From assembly GCA_965216465.1 (NCBI GenBank), contig CBDCFW010000006.1, positions 672,001 through 736,000 on the forward strand: DNA of 64,000 bases, read 5' to 3'. This document shows, in pieces, positions 47,793 through 58,325 of the stretch. Made by a program: the position numbers and the translations under genes. Numbering within the stretch: position 1 is the stretch's first letter; each line of letters begins with the position of its first letter. The notes below the pieces were generated by a model, which did not search any database, was not told where the DNA came from, and saw nothing but the letters and a program-made list of their open reading frames with translations. The DNA comes from Bacteroidia bacterium (GTDB lineage Bacteria; Bacteroidota; Bacteroidia; NS11-12g; UBA9320).

Positions 47793-50700
47793 TTAACTAC
47801 AGCCAGTAGTTGTACCACAGTTCGTACATAAATGACAAGTACCGTTTCTAATCAATGCTAAACTTCCGCAGTTTGTACAAGGAAGTGCATCAGAAGATGT
47901 ACCTGTTGGTGGAGTCGCAACTTTTTGAACCATAGCAGCCTTTTGTACTTCTGGTTTCTTTGTTGTTTCTGCAACAGTTGGCAAGTCGTCTGAAACAGTC
48001 TCAATTACTTTAGGTTCTGCCTTTTCAGTTGGCTTGATATGAACAAGGTCAGTTCTATTCAAGTATTCAAATCCTAGCAATCTAAAGATGTAATCGATTA
48101 TAGAAGTTGAGTTCTTGATATTTGGATGACCCTCAACCATTCCACTTGGCTCAAATCGAGTAAATGTAAACTTACTTACGTATTCTTCCAATGGAACACC
48201 GTATTGTAATCCAATTGATACTGCAATTGAGAAACAGTTCATTAATGATCTAAATGTAGCTCCTTCACGGTGCATATCGATAAAGATCTCTCCTAAAGTA
48301 CCATCGTTATACTCACCGGTTCTAACAAAAAGAGTCTGTCCTCCTACTTTGGCTTTTTGCGTAAATCCTCTACGCTTCCAAGGCAATCGCTTACGCTCAA
48401 CAATACTAGATAGCTGTCTCATAAACTCTGTACCTTTAGAATTATCTAGAATTTTTTGAGCTGCCTCAAGTACTTGATCTTGTGTAAGTTCATCGATACT
48501 TAGGTTCGCTGCATTGCCAATCGCGTTATCAACCGCATCGATTGTAGTTTCTTCCTCTTCTTCAGCCACATCAGATTTGTTGCTAAGTGGTTGAGATAGT
48601 TTACAACCGTCTCTATATAATGCATTCGCTTTAGTTCCTAGCTCCCAGCTTAATTGGTAGCAAGATTTGATATCGTCAACAGTTGCTTCATTTGGAAGGT
48701 TGATTGTTTTAGAAATTGCTCCAGACAAGAATGGTTGAGCAGCAGCCATCATTTTAATGTGACCGTGAGCGTGAATGTATCTTTCACCTTTCTCACCACA
48801 CTTGTTCGCACAATCAAATACAGCATAGTGCTCATCTTTAAGATAAGGAGCTCCTTCGATAGTCATTGTACCACAAACGTAGTCGTTTGCTTCTGCAATT
48901 TCCTTTTTGCTGAAACCTAGCTCTCTAAGCAAGTTGAAGTTAGAAGAGTTGTATTTCTCAGCAGTAAATCCAAGGCGTTGCATTGCATCTTCTCCAAGAG
49001 TCCATTGGTTAAACGCGAAGCTGATTTCAAAAGCTGAAGCTAATGCACCTTCAATTTTCTCAATATCTTGTTCGTTGAATCCTTTCGATCTTAATGTATC
49101 GTGATTAATAGAAGGAGCACCGTTTAATGTTGCGTACCCTTTGGCATAATTTACAATAGCATCGATTTGATCTTCTGGGTAGTTTAAGTTTTTAAGCGCT
49201 AGAGGTACAGATTGGTTAACAATTTTGAAGTATCCTCCACCTGATAATTTTTTAAACTTAACAAGTGCAAAGTCTGGCTCAATACCAGTAGTATCACAAT
49301 CCATAACAAGTCCAATTGTACCTGTAGGTGCAATTACAGTTGTTTGAGCATTGCGGTATCCGTGTTCTTCACCCCATTGAACAGCTTTATCCCAAGCACC
49401 TGTAGCAGATCCTAATAGGTAGTCTGGGCAGTGTTGTGGGTCAATTCCAACAGGTTTAACACTTAAACCATCATATTCATCAACATTGTAAGCAGCATAA
49501 CGGTGATTTTTCATCACGCGAAGCATGTGCTTTTTGTTCTTTTTGTATTGCTTGAATGGTCCTAAGAAAGAAGCCATTTCAGCTGATGTAGCATATGCTG
49601 TTCCGGTTAATATCGCAGTAACAGCTCCGCCAATTGCAGTTGCTTCGTCACTATCGTATGGAATACCTGATACCATAAGTACAGATCCTAAGTTTGCATA
49701 ACCAAGACCTAAAGTTCTGTATTCGTAAGATAATCTAGCAACTTCTTTACTTGGGAACTGAGCCATAAGAACAGAAATCTCAAGAACTACTGTCCAAAGT
49801 CTAGAGGCATATTCAATAGCTTCAACATCAAACTTGCACTCTTCCTCGTCGAAGTATTTTCTCAAGTTAAGCGATGCAAGGTTACAAGCTGTATTGTCTA
49901 AGAACATGTATTCAGAACATGGGTTAGATGCGTTAATCTGTCCACCTTCTGGGCAAGTATGCCATTCATTAATTGTTGTATCAAACTGAACACCTGGATC
50001 AGCACAAGCCCAAGCTGCAAATGAGATATCATCCCAAACTTTACTAGCAGGAACTGAATCAATAGCTTTACCTGAAGTTCTTGAAATTAATTCCCACTCT
50101 CCTTCGTTCTTTAATGCTTCAAAGAATTTGTTAGGAATACGTACTGAGTTATTTGAGTTTTGACCTGATACTGTTTGATAAGCTTCACCTTCGTAGTCGG
50201 AAGCATAGCCCGCATCGATCAAAGCCTTTACTTTCTTTTCTTCATCTTTCTTCCAGTTGATGAAAGACATTATTTCGGGGTGGTCTAAATCAAGACAAAC
50301 CATTTTAGCAGCTCTACGAGTTGTTCCTCCAGATTTGATAGCACCAGCAGCTCTATCACCTATTTTAAGGAAGCTCATTAAACCACTAGAAAAACCACCA
50401 CCGCTTAATTTTTCATTAGCTCCTCTAATTGAAGAGAAGTTAGTACCTACACCAGAACCGTATTTAAAGATTCTAGCTTCACGAACCCAAAGATCCATAA
50501 TTCCACCTTCGTTAACTAGATCATCGTCTACAGACAAGATAAAGCACGCGTGTGGTTGAGGGCGTTCGTATGCTGAAGTTGATTTCTTTACAGCTCCAGT
50601 ATCGTGATCTGAGTAGTAATGTCCTTGTGGCTTTCCTGTAATGCCATAAGAACTATGAAGACCAGTATTAAACCATTGTGGACTGTTAGGAGCAGCCATT

Positions 50701-51089
50701 TGACCCAAAATACTATAAACCAACTCGTCATAGAATACTTGAGCATCTTTTTTAGAAGCAAAGTATCCATACTCTTCACCCCAAGATTTCCAACAATTTG
50801 CTAGTCTGTGAGCAACTTGCTTTACAGATGACTCAGAGCCTGTAGATCCATCCTCTTGTGGAACCCCAGCTTTTCTAAAATATTTTTGAGCGAGGATGTC
50901 TGTTGCTACCTGAGACCAATCTTTAGGCACTTCAACATTCTCCATCTTAAACACCTCATCTCCAGCAGGATTCTTGATTACAGATGTTCTGTATTCATAT
51001 TCATACTGGTCGGTAGGTGCTACTCCCTCTTTCGTGTTAAAGCGCTTAAATTTTAACGCTTCTTTGTTGTACTTTGGCTTCTTGCTCAT
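47793..51089 (-). CDS. nrdJ: Vitamin B12-dependent (class II) ribonucleotide reductase
   Basis: Motifs 'PNSPQWFN', 'QPHACFI', 'ASNPCSEY', 'ACNLAS', 'IAPTGT' and 'AISKTIN', a TSCPD-like domain and a C-terminal Zn ribbon 'CTNCG...[11 protein letters not shown]'. The likely start is ATG 51089. Confidence 0.95.
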   Translation of the reverse strand: MSKKPKYNKEALKFKRFNTKEGVAPTDQYEYEYRTSVIKNPAGDEVFKMENVEVPKDWSQVATDILAQKYFRKAGVPQEDGSTGSESSVKQVAHRLANCWKSWGEEYGYFASKKDAQVFYDELVYSILGQMAAPNSPQWFNTGLHSSYGITGKPQGHYYSDHDTGAVKKSTSAYERPQPHACFILSVDDDLVNEGGIMDLWVREARIFKYGSGVGTNFSSIRGANEKLSGGGFSSGLMSFLKIGDRAAGAIKSGGTTRRAAKMVCLDLDHPEIMSFINWKKDEEKKVKALIDAGYASDYEGEAYQTVSGQNSNNSVRIPNKFFEALKNEGEWELISRTSGKAIDSVPASKVWDDISFAAWACADPGVQFDTTINEWHTCPEGGQINASNPCSEYMFLDNTACNLASLNLRKYFDEEECKFDVEAIEYASRLWTVVLEISVLMAQFPSKEVARLSYEYRTLGLGYANLGSVLMVSGIPYDSDEATAIGGAVTAILTGTAYATSAEMASFLGPFKQYKKNKKHMLRVMKNHRYAAYNVDEYDGLSVKPVGIDPQHCPDYLLGSATGAWDKAVQWGEEHGYRNAQTTVIAPTGTIGLVMDCDTTGIEPDFALVKFKKLSGGGYFKIVNQSVPLALKNLNYPEDQIDAIVNYAKGYATLNGAPSINHDTLRSKGFNEQDIEKIEGALASAFEISFAFNQWTLGEDAMQRLGFTAEKYNSSNFNLLRELGFSKKEIAEANDYVCGTMTIEGAPYLKDEHYAVFDCANKCGEKGERYIHAHGHIKMMAAAQPFLSGAISKTINLPNEATVDDIKSCYQLSWELGTKANALYRDGCKLSQPLSNKSDVAEEEEETTIDAVDNAIGNAANLSIDELTQDQVLEAAQKILDNSKGTEFMRQLSSIVERKRLPWKRRGFTQKAKVGGQTLFVRTGEYNDGTLGEIFIDMHREGATFRSLMNCFSIAVSIGLQYGVPLEEYVSKFTFTRFEPSGMVEGHPNIKNSTSIIDYIFRLLGFEYLNRTDLVHIKPTEKAEPKVIETVSDDLPTVAETTKKPEVQKAAMVQKVATPPTGTSSDALPCTNCGSLALIRNGTCHLCTNCGTTTGCS

Positions 51090-51413
51090 TAAATTAAGTT
51101 TTTGGTTTATCGTATAATTAATTCGGTTTGTTTCATCTAACAAATATCGCTCATTCGAAAAAAAATATAGCGAGTTTTTCGTCAAAAATATGTTCTTAAA
51201 CTATCATATAAAGGTTAGCTTTTTCCACACATAAACACATAAATTTTTCAATTGACTTATTTTTAAGAGATTTGCAATGTTGATAACAAAAAAATAGAGG
51301 TAAAATTGAGCAATTTCCGTGCTCAATTTAACTTTCCTGATAACTTTGCTTACAAATAACAGGCTATTAGCATTTTAGATAAAATAACGAAAAAGACGCT
51401 AGCTTCTACTAAG

Positions 51414-52127
51414 ATGATTTCGGTTCTTATAGATCCAGACAAAGCGTCTGATAATCAGCTAAATGCTCTCGTAAACCATCCAGAATTTGAAAAAATTGAC
51501 TTTCTGTTTGTAGGTGGAAGTTTGGTTACCGACGGAAGCATGAAATCGTGCATCCGAGCACTTAAAAATAAGACGAATAAACCCCTTGTTATTTTCCCTG
51601 GAAGTCCCAATCAAATTGATGAGCACGCAGACGCTATTTTGCTGCTTTCTTTAATCAGTGGAAGGAATCCAGACCTCTTAATTGGCCGCCATGTTGAGTC
51701 TGCTTATAAGTTAAAGGCTTCAGAGTTGGAAATCATCTCAACTGGCTATATTTTGATTGATGGTGGAAGAACCACAACTGTTTCATACATCAGTGGTACA
51801 ACTCCTATTCCTCAAGACAAACCAGGAATAGCAGCAGCAACTGCATTAGCAGGATATCAACTAGGCAATAAACTAATTTATTTAGATTGTGGGTCAGGAG
51901 CAAATCAGCACGCATCGCCACAAATTATCAAAGCCGTAAAGGATGAAATTAATGTACCTCTAATTGTTGGTGGTGGAATTAAGTCTAAAGAAGAAGCTTT
52001 AGCTGTTTTTAAAGCAGGAGCAGATATTGTGGTAGTTGGGAATAAGTTAGAACAAGATCCTACCTTCCTTTCTGAGTTGGTTGAGGCTAAAGAGCAGTTT
52101 ACACTGCCTCCAGTTCAAACACAGTAA
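51414..52127 (+). CDS. Geranylgeranylglyceryl/heptaprenylglyceryl phosphate synthase (GGGPS/PcrB family)
   Basis: Motifs 'LIDPDK', 'FVGGS', 'IFPG', 'SLISGRNP', 'YLDCGSGA', 'VGGGI' and 'ADIVVVGN'. The true start may lie upstream (see findings). Confidence 0.92.
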   Translation: MISVLIDPDKASDNQLNALVNHPEFEKIDFLFVGGSLVTDGSMKSCIRALKNKTNKPLVIFPGSPNQIDEHADAILLLSLISGRNPDLLIGRHVESAYKLKASELEIISTGYILIDGGRTTTVSYISGTTPIPQDKPGIAAATALAGYQLGNKLIYLDCGSGANQHASPQIIKAVKDEINVPLIVGGGIKSKEEALAVFKAGADIVVVGNKLEQDPTFLSELVEAKEQFTLPPVQTQ

Positions 52128-53343
52128 TCTCTGGGAAAAACCCGAGTCTTCCTGGGTATCCTAAATAACCAAACCCTCTGTTTACATAAAGATATCTCCC
52201 ATCTTCTTCGTAAAGATCAGCCCATTCCTTGTATTGGTATTTAACAGGACTCCATCGATAGTATTTTGTGTCAATGCCAAACTGCATGCCATGCGTATGA
52301 CCAGAAAATACTGCGTCAATATCTGGATAATCGGTTAACACCTCAGCTTTCCAGTGACTGGGATCGTGCGAAAGTAGCAGCTTGTTCTCTACATCTTCAG
52401 TTCCTTTATGTGCTTCACTTAAACTGCCATATTTAGGAAAGCGGGCGTGTGCACTCCAGTTTTCTATCCCTAAAACAGCAAGTTTTTCCCCGTCTTTTTC
52501 AATAATGTGGTTTTCGTTCATGAGCAGTTTCCAACCCATATCGGCATGGTGCTGTTTTAGGTTAGCAAGATTTTGCTCTTTAGTTAGCCCATCTTTGTTT
52601 GGCCACGAAACATAATCACCATAATCGTGGTTACCCAACACTGAATACACACCATGTTCTGCAGACAATGCATCAAACACGGGTTTGTATTCATTAAACT
52701 CATCAGCAGTATTGTTAACCAAATCTCCCGTAAAGAAAATCGCATCGGGTTTTTGATCCATAATCATTTGAATGCCTTTCTTCACAGATTCCTTACTCCA
52801 AAAGCTACCAGAATGCACATCTGAAATTTGAACGATTTTAAATCCATTAAATGCCGAAGGTAAATTCTTCAATTTAAGCTTTCGGTTAAACACTTTATAG
52901 TTGTGTGCTCCTTTCAAAATTCCATATGTGAGCCCTGAGAACAAACTTCCAGCCACTAGCGCTCCTGCAGACATAATAAACTGTGAACGTGAAATATCGC
53001 TTAGATTTGGTTTACGTTGAATGGCATTTGATGACAATCTGAAGAGTCTCACAACATCGTCAATCAACATAAAAATTAGCCAAGCAAATTTTGCAATGTA
53101 AATGCCAAACAACATTGAGCCAATCCACATAACCGCTTTACTCTTTCTAGGGTCAACTGCTTGATTCGATGCAACTAGAAGTGCAATTACCAATCCAATA
53201 GGGATAGCCCAATAAAGTACGCTCAAACTTGTTGTAAACGTGGGTGCCCATCTTTTTGCGAGCACTCTGAATCCTTGAAAAACATAGATATCGATGCCCA
53301 AAAGGATTAAAATAAATATATAGAAGCCAATAGATCGAGGCAT
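52099..53343 (-). CDS. Membrane-anchored metallophosphoesterase (YkuE/YaeI-like)
   Basis: N-terminal TMs followed by 'ISDVHSG', 'TGDLVN', 'LGNHDY', 'LSHDP', 'SGHTHG' and 'YVNRG'. Confidence 0.9.
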   Translation of the reverse strand: MPRSIGFYIFILILLGIDIYVFQGFRVLAKRWAPTFTTSLSVLYWAIPIGLVIALLVASNQAVDPRKSKAVMWIGSMLFGIYIAKFAWLIFMLIDDVVRLFRLSSNAIQRKPNLSDISRSQFIMSAGALVAGSLFSGLTYGILKGAHNYKVFNRKLKLKNLPSAFNGFKIVQISDVHSGSFWSKESVKKGIQMIMDQKPDAIFFTGDLVNNTADEFNEYKPVFDALSAEHGVYSVLGNHDYGDYVSWPNKDGLTKEQNLANLKQHHADMGWKLLMNENHIIEKDGEKLAVLGIENWSAHARFPKYGSLSEAHKGTEDVENKLLLSHDPSHWKAEVLTDYPDIDAVFSGHTHGMQFGIDTKYYRWSPVKYQYKEWADLYEEDGRYLYVNRGFGYLGYPGRLGFFPEITVFELEAV

Positions 53344-53465
53344 AAACAAAGATAAAACAGCCACAAGTATTAAAAGTTTTTTAACTCGTTATGTATACTT
53401 TTGACATAATAACTCATATAATCGCTAAACAATTAGCACGTACCCCTGTTTATACATAGTTGTTA

Positions 53466-53924
53466 ATGAGCATTGAAAAAGACATAAAACAAAAGTCGTT
53501 CAAGACTGAAATTGAGAAGGCCGTTGTAAATATTAATTTCACCCAAAGCTATTTCGCTGGGTTGTTTAACGCATCGCTTAAAGATCACAACATCTCTATT
53601 CAACAATTTAATGTGCTTCGCATTCTAAAAGGGTCTCATCCAAATGCTGTATCGGTAAACGATATAACAGACAGAATGGTTGACAAGATGTCAAATGCAT
53701 CACGGCTTGTTGAAAAGCTTCGAATCAAAGGACTCGTTTGCAGAAACACTTGTAAGTTTGATAAACGACAAGTCGACGTCTCAATAACAGAACAAGGTGA
53801 AGAAGTTTTAGAAGTCTTAAACCAAAAAACACGAGGTGTATTGGCTCAACTAAATCACGTTAGCGACGAAGATCTCGCTCAACTTAACGATATTCTTGAT
53901 CGTTTACGAACCAATCATTCCTGA
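53466..53924 (+). CDS. MarR-family transcriptional regulator
   Basis: Motifs 'QQFNVLRIL', 'SNASRLVEKL..KGLV.R' and 'DKRQVDVSIT'. Confidence 0.9.
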   Translation: MSIEKDIKQKSFKTEIEKAVVNINFTQSYFAGLFNASLKDHNISIQQFNVLRILKGSHPNAVSVNDITDRMVDKMSNASRLVEKLRIKGLVCRNTCKFDKRQVDVSITEQGEEVLEVLNQKTRGVLAQLNHVSDEDLAQLNDILDRLRTNHS

Positions 53925-54772
53925 ACTACAATAGTTGCATCGGTATAATGTGCAACTGAGAAATAACCCAATCCATTGTTTGAAATATTCGTGATTGGAT
54001 TGGTTGGTGGTGGATCAAAAGGTGAACCCGACCTGCTTAATTGTGCATTGAGATCAATAATGTATTGAAAATACTCCGGACTCAAATTAAACTGCTCTAT
54101 TACGACTGAATCGCCTGCTTCAAGGATAAACGGAAATGGCCTAGGTAAAATACCATCTGCTAAACCCTTGAGTGGATCATCTGGATCAATGTTTGGATTT
54201 AGGAACGTTACATCTCCAAACTCGTCATTCTCTAAAATTTCTCCAAATTGATCTTGGATCGTGTCGTTCTTATAGAATCTCCATTGGTAGCTGTCTCCAG
54301 CATAGTCATTCTCTTTGCCTTGAATAAAGACATAATAGCCCTCTTGAATAAAGCCATTTCCTTCCGGAAGATAGTACGACTCTATTAAGTCTATTGGAAA
54401 GCCATTTGGCATTACTTCTGCAGCCGTATACTCTTCTCCTTTATAATTGATTTGAAGTGTATATGTTTTCCCTGGAACACATTGATGAGCTTGTTCGCTT
54501 ACATAAATCCCCTTTGTTTGGTGATTTAACTGCACTTCAAATCCATCAGAATCCATAATTCGAACATTAGCATCTGCTACAGTTGTAACGGTGTCTTGGT
54601 CGAAGTATGGCTGAGATAGACTTAGCGTTACAATCCACGGTTGGTCTAAGTTCGTAATTTGGCCTCGTACAACCAGTTGAGGATCACCAGACGGAATCTC
54701 CAATTCAACAATCTTTTCGCAACCAGATAGAGCCAGTGCGGTTAGAAATAGATATAGTATAGTCTTCTTCAT
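53915..54772 (-). CDS. DUF4249-family lipoprotein (TonB receptor partner)
   Basis: Lipobox LSGC-EK, 'PPPTNPITNI' and 'LGYFS'; directly downstream of a TonB receptor. Confidence 0.85.
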   Translation of the reverse strand: MKKTILYLFLTALALSGCEKIVELEIPSGDPQLVVRGQITNLDQPWIVTLSLSQPYFDQDTVTTVADANVRIMDSDGFEVQLNHQTKGIYVSEQAHQCVPGKTYTLQINYKGEEYTAAEVMPNGFPIDLIESYYLPEGNGFIQEGYYVFIQGKENDYAGDSYQWRFYKNDTIQDQFGEILENDEFGDVTFLNPNIDPDDPLKGLADGILPRPFPFILEAGDSVVIEQFNLSPEYFQYIIDLNAQLSRSGSPFDPPPTNPITNISNNGLGYFSVAHYTDATIVVQE

Positions 54773-54773
54773 T

Positions 54774-57143
54774 TTAAAATTCAAAGTTCCAGGTTATTGC
54801 AGGGATTATTTTAAACAACGTTGTTTGAAAAGCAGCCGTCTCGCCAACATTTGCGTCAGGAAATTTCTCCAAATCAGTTTCAGCTACCTCTCTGAAGTAG
54901 ATGGCGTATGGATTTTCTCTATTGTACAGATTATATACTGAGAAATTCCAATTGCTTTTAAATTTCTTATCGGGCTTTTCTTTCGATTTAATCGTTAAAC
55001 CAAAATCCGCTCTATGGTATGCAGGAATTCTATAGTTGTTTCGCGTACCGCTATATAATGGAACCCAATCACCTTCGAAAGAATATTTTCCTGTTGGAGT
55101 AGTCAATGGCTGACCTGATGAGTACACAAAAGATGCAGTTGCCAATATTCTCTTGGTAAACTTTTGCGTGAATACTAATGATAAGTTGTGTCTCCTATCG
55201 AAGTTAGCCACATAAGGGTCCCCAAAGCTTATGCCATCAATTTGGCGCATTGTTTTTGCCCAGGTGTAAGATAAAAAGCCTGAAGATTTTCCTTCAGATC
55301 TTCCTAAATAAAATTCTGCTCCGTAAGCCCATCCTTTACCAAAGAGTAATTCTCCATCCAAATTCTCATTAAATGCAATCGCAGCATTGTCTCGATAATC
55401 AATCTGGTTTTGCATCCATTTGTAATACACTTCGACTGACGACTCAAAGCCATGTTCGAAGTTCTTGAACAATCCAACGGCTGTTTGATCAGCAATCTGT
55501 GGTTTAATATTTTGGTTCACACTAAACCATTGGTCAGTTGGGAACGATGATGCAGTATTGGTAGCTTGTTGAATATATTGAAAAGTTCTGTTGTAAGATG
55601 CTTTAATGGCCATGGTAGTCGACAAATTGTAGCTGACTGAAGCTCTTGGTTCTAATCCAGCATAAGTATTATAGAATTCATTTTGACCATAAACTGAAGT
55701 ATCTGTCAAGTCAACTATTGGTTTGTTGTTTTCATCTTTTGTATAAGCAAACTCAGTACCACCAATATTAGAAAAAGTGGAAACACGAAGCCCGTATCGA
55801 ACATTCAATCGTTCATTAAACTTATACTCATGGTCAATGTACCAGCCGCTTTCAAAAGCTCGTCTTTCTTCAAGTTGAAGTTCTTGGAAAAATGCTTCAG
55901 ATTCTTCGTTCAAAGGCTTAAATAAACCCGGATTGAATTTGTGATGAATCAATTGGGTTCCAAAGTTTAGTTTGCTATTCTGGCTTATGAAGTTTGTCCA
56001 ATCTGACTTCAAATACACATCTTTAATTGATTGGTCGAGACCAAATTCAGCGTTCTTGGCAAATTTCACCTCAAACCCATAGTTGAAATCGCTGTATACC
56101 AATGAGGTATTCACGAACATTTTGTCGTTTACTAAATGGTTCCATCTAATTGTAGAAGTTGCATTCCCCCAGTTCAGTCCAAACAATTCACTCAAGCCAA
56201 GTACATCTCTTCCGAAATATCCACTTACATAGAGTCGGTCTTTATCGCTTAATTGGTAGTTTGCTTTTAAGTTTAAATCGTAGAAATACAGGCGGCTTTC
56301 TTGTACAGTTTCATCAGGTGCTAATGGCAAGAATAAATCAGCGTAACTTCTTCTTCCGGCAACCATAAAACTTGATACATCTTTCTTAATTGGGCCTTCT
56401 AAGGTTAATCTACTTGAAATTGTTCCTATTCCACCAATACCTGCAAAACGTTTGCTGTTACCATCTCGCATTTTTATATCGACAATTGACGAAAGCCTGC
56501 CGCCATATTTGGCAGGAATTCCTCCTTTGTAAACTTCCAAATCTTTTACAGCATCTCCGTTGAACACGCTAAAAAAACCTAAGAGGTGTGAAGCGTTGTA
56601 TACTGTAGCTTCATCAAGCAAGATGAGGTTTTGATCTTGCGACCCTCCCCGAACATTGAAGCCTGAATTTCCTTCACCTGCTGATTGTATTCCGGGTAGA
56701 AGCGTGATTGTTTTCAGAATATCTACTTCCCCAAAAATTACCGGAATCTCTTTGATCTTAGCTGTCTCCATTTTGACAACACTAATCTTTTTGTTCTCTA
56801 CCCTTTTTTCTAAGCCTTTTGCTGATACAATCGCAGCATCAATTACACTTGCCGTCTCTTTAAGCTCAATGTTGATTGTTTTATTCTCGTTGAGATCAAT
56901 GGTCTTAGTTACATTTCCATAACCGAGGTAACTGTATGTTATTTCATAAGTCCCTTTTTCTAAAGTAATGGAGTAAAATCCATATTCGTTGGTTAAAGCT
57001 CCTCCGCCTCCCTTCACGGCCGCAACAGCCCCAATCAGGGTTTCACCATTTGAAGCATCTTTAACCCTTCCAGAAATTGAATATTTTTGAGCATAGACTC
57101 CAAAGGTCAATACCAAACCAATAACAGCTGTAATTAGTCTCAT
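54774..57143 (-). CDS. TonB-dependent receptor
   Basis: Motifs 'TNEYGFYSI', 'GEVDILK', 'VRGGSQDQNL', 'HLLGFFSVFN' and 'YGGRLSS'; C-terminal Phe. Confidence 0.92.
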   Translation of the reverse strand: MRLITAVIGLVLTFGVYAQKYSISGRVKDASNGETLIGAVAAVKGGGGALTNEYGFYSITLEKGTYEITYSYLGYGNVTKTIDLNENKTINIELKETASVIDAAIVSAKGLEKRVENKKISVVKMETAKIKEIPVIFGEVDILKTITLLPGIQSAGEGNSGFNVRGGSQDQNLILLDEATVYNASHLLGFFSVFNGDAVKDLEVYKGGIPAKYGGRLSSIVDIKMRDGNSKRFAGIGGIGTISSRLTLEGPIKKDVSSFMVAGRRSYADLFLPLAPDETVQESRLYFYDLNLKANYQLSDKDRLYVSGYFGRDVLGLSELFGLNWGNATSTIRWNHLVNDKMFVNTSLVYSDFNYGFEVKFAKNAEFGLDQSIKDVYLKSDWTNFISQNSKLNFGTQLIHHKFNPGLFKPLNEESEAFFQELQLEERRAFESGWYIDHEYKFNERLNVRYGLRVSTFSNIGGTEFAYTKDENNKPIVDLTDTSVYGQNEFYNTYAGLEPRASVSYNLSTTMAIKASYNRTFQYIQQATNTASSFPTDQWFSVNQNIKPQIADQTAVGLFKNFEHGFESSVEVYYKWMQNQIDYRDNAAIAFNENLDGELLFGKGWAYGAEFYLGRSEGKSSGFLSYTWAKTMRQIDGISFGDPYVANFDRRHNLSLVFTQKFTKRILATASFVYSSGQPLTTPTGKYSFEGDWVPLYSGTRNNYRIPAYHRADFGLTIKSKEKPDKKFKSNWNFSVYNLYNRENPYAIYFREVAETDLEKFPDANVGETAAFQTTLFKIIPAITWNFEF

Positions 57144-57264
57144 CTTGTATGCAAACGTATGAGCGAAACAAAAAGTTTCAGCTATCTCTCGTTAATAATT
57201 GTGTAAAATAAGACGAACAGAAAAAGCTGACGGTTAGAAGATTATTTGATATTTGCCGAACACT

Positions 57265-58227
57265 ATGGTCTACATCTTATTTGTAATAGGATTTGTAATC
57301 TTAATAAAAGGAGCAGATTTCTTGGTTGTGGGGTCCGCTTCAATAGCCAAAAAGTACAACATTTCAGATATTGTTATTGGGCTAACCATTGTTTCAATGG
57401 GAACTTCAATGCCTGAGTTGATAGTAAACATCATTGCCAGTAGTGTAGACTCTTCAGATATTGCTATTGGCAATGTGGTAGGGTCTAATATTTCAAACAT
57501 TTTACTCATTCTAGGAGTGGCCGCTTTAATCTATCCTTTAACCATAAAGAATAGCACTGTTTATTCCGAAATACCCTATTCAATAATCGCTTTGCTCTTA
57601 GTTGCCGTCTCTGCGAACGTTGCATTCTTTGGTGAAGCTAAGATGTTTGAAATAAGCAGAATAGATGGGGTTTTGTTAATGCTATTCTTTGCTCTTTTCA
57701 TGGGGTACATTATTAAACTTGCAAAAGAGGGAAGGACCGATTTGGTTGAAGAAGCCCCTTCTGAATTGTTATCCATGCAAAAGGCTATTGTATTTGTACT
57801 GCTTGGTATATTGGGTCTATTCTTTGGCGGGAAGTGGGTTGTTGATGGGGCAGTTCACATTGCTGCTCAATTCGGACTTTCTGAAAAGCTTATTGGTTTA
57901 ACCGTCGTGGCCATTGGTACTTCACTACCCGAATTGGTAACATCGGCAGTAGCTGCCACTAAGAAAAATACAGATATAGCAATAGCAAATGTTGTAGGTT
58001 CAAATATTTTCAACTTGCTTTGGGTACTCGGAATCAGTGCCATGATTAGACCGCTTAGCTATGATCCTTCTATCAATGCGGATATGCTAATTCTTTTGGG
58101 AGCAACCTGCTTAATTATCTTCAGCTTGATAACCGGAAAGTCAAAAAATCAAATTGGCAAACCGACAGGAATTTTCTTCTTGGCTTCGTACATTGCTTAC
58201 ATGGTATTTCTAATTTGGAGAGGATAA
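57265..58227 (+). CDS. Calcium/sodium antiporter (YrbG/CaCA family)
   Basis: Two alpha repeats: 'GTSMPE...GNVVGSN' and 'GTSLPE...NVVGSN'. Confidence 0.93.
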   Translation: MVYILFVIGFVILIKGADFLVVGSASIAKKYNISDIVIGLTIVSMGTSMPELIVNIIASSVDSSDIAIGNVVGSNISNILLILGVAALIYPLTIKNSTVYSEIPYSIIALLLVAVSANVAFFGEAKMFEISRIDGVLLMLFFALFMGYIIKLAKEGRTDLVEEAPSELLSMQKAIVFVLLGILGLFFGGKWVVDGAVHIAAQFGLSEKLIGLTVVAIGTSLPELVTSAVAATKKNTDIAIANVVGSNIFNLLWVLGISAMIRPLSYDPSINADMLILLGATCLIIFSLITGKSKNQIGKPTGIFFLASYIAYMVFLIWRG

Positions 58228-58325
58228 GCGTGCTAAGTATTTGCATCACCTTTCCTGAACTCAAATAGTCCTCTGAGTAATTCCTTTTAAGTATTTTGTT
58301 TTCAGTTATTTAACTTAGCTGCATT

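Noticed and set aside
47793-51089. Intein or intron in nrdJ
   Set aside because: No intein splice-junction or LAGLIDADG motifs were seen. The length is explained by the known insert plus the TSCPD/Zn-ribbon domains.
51090-51413. Cobalamin riboswitch or oriC in the AT-rich nrdJ upstream region
   Set aside because: There is no B12-box or GC-rich structured core. Only two DnaA-like boxes are present, with no typical origin-flanking genes; skew cannot be judged from this window.
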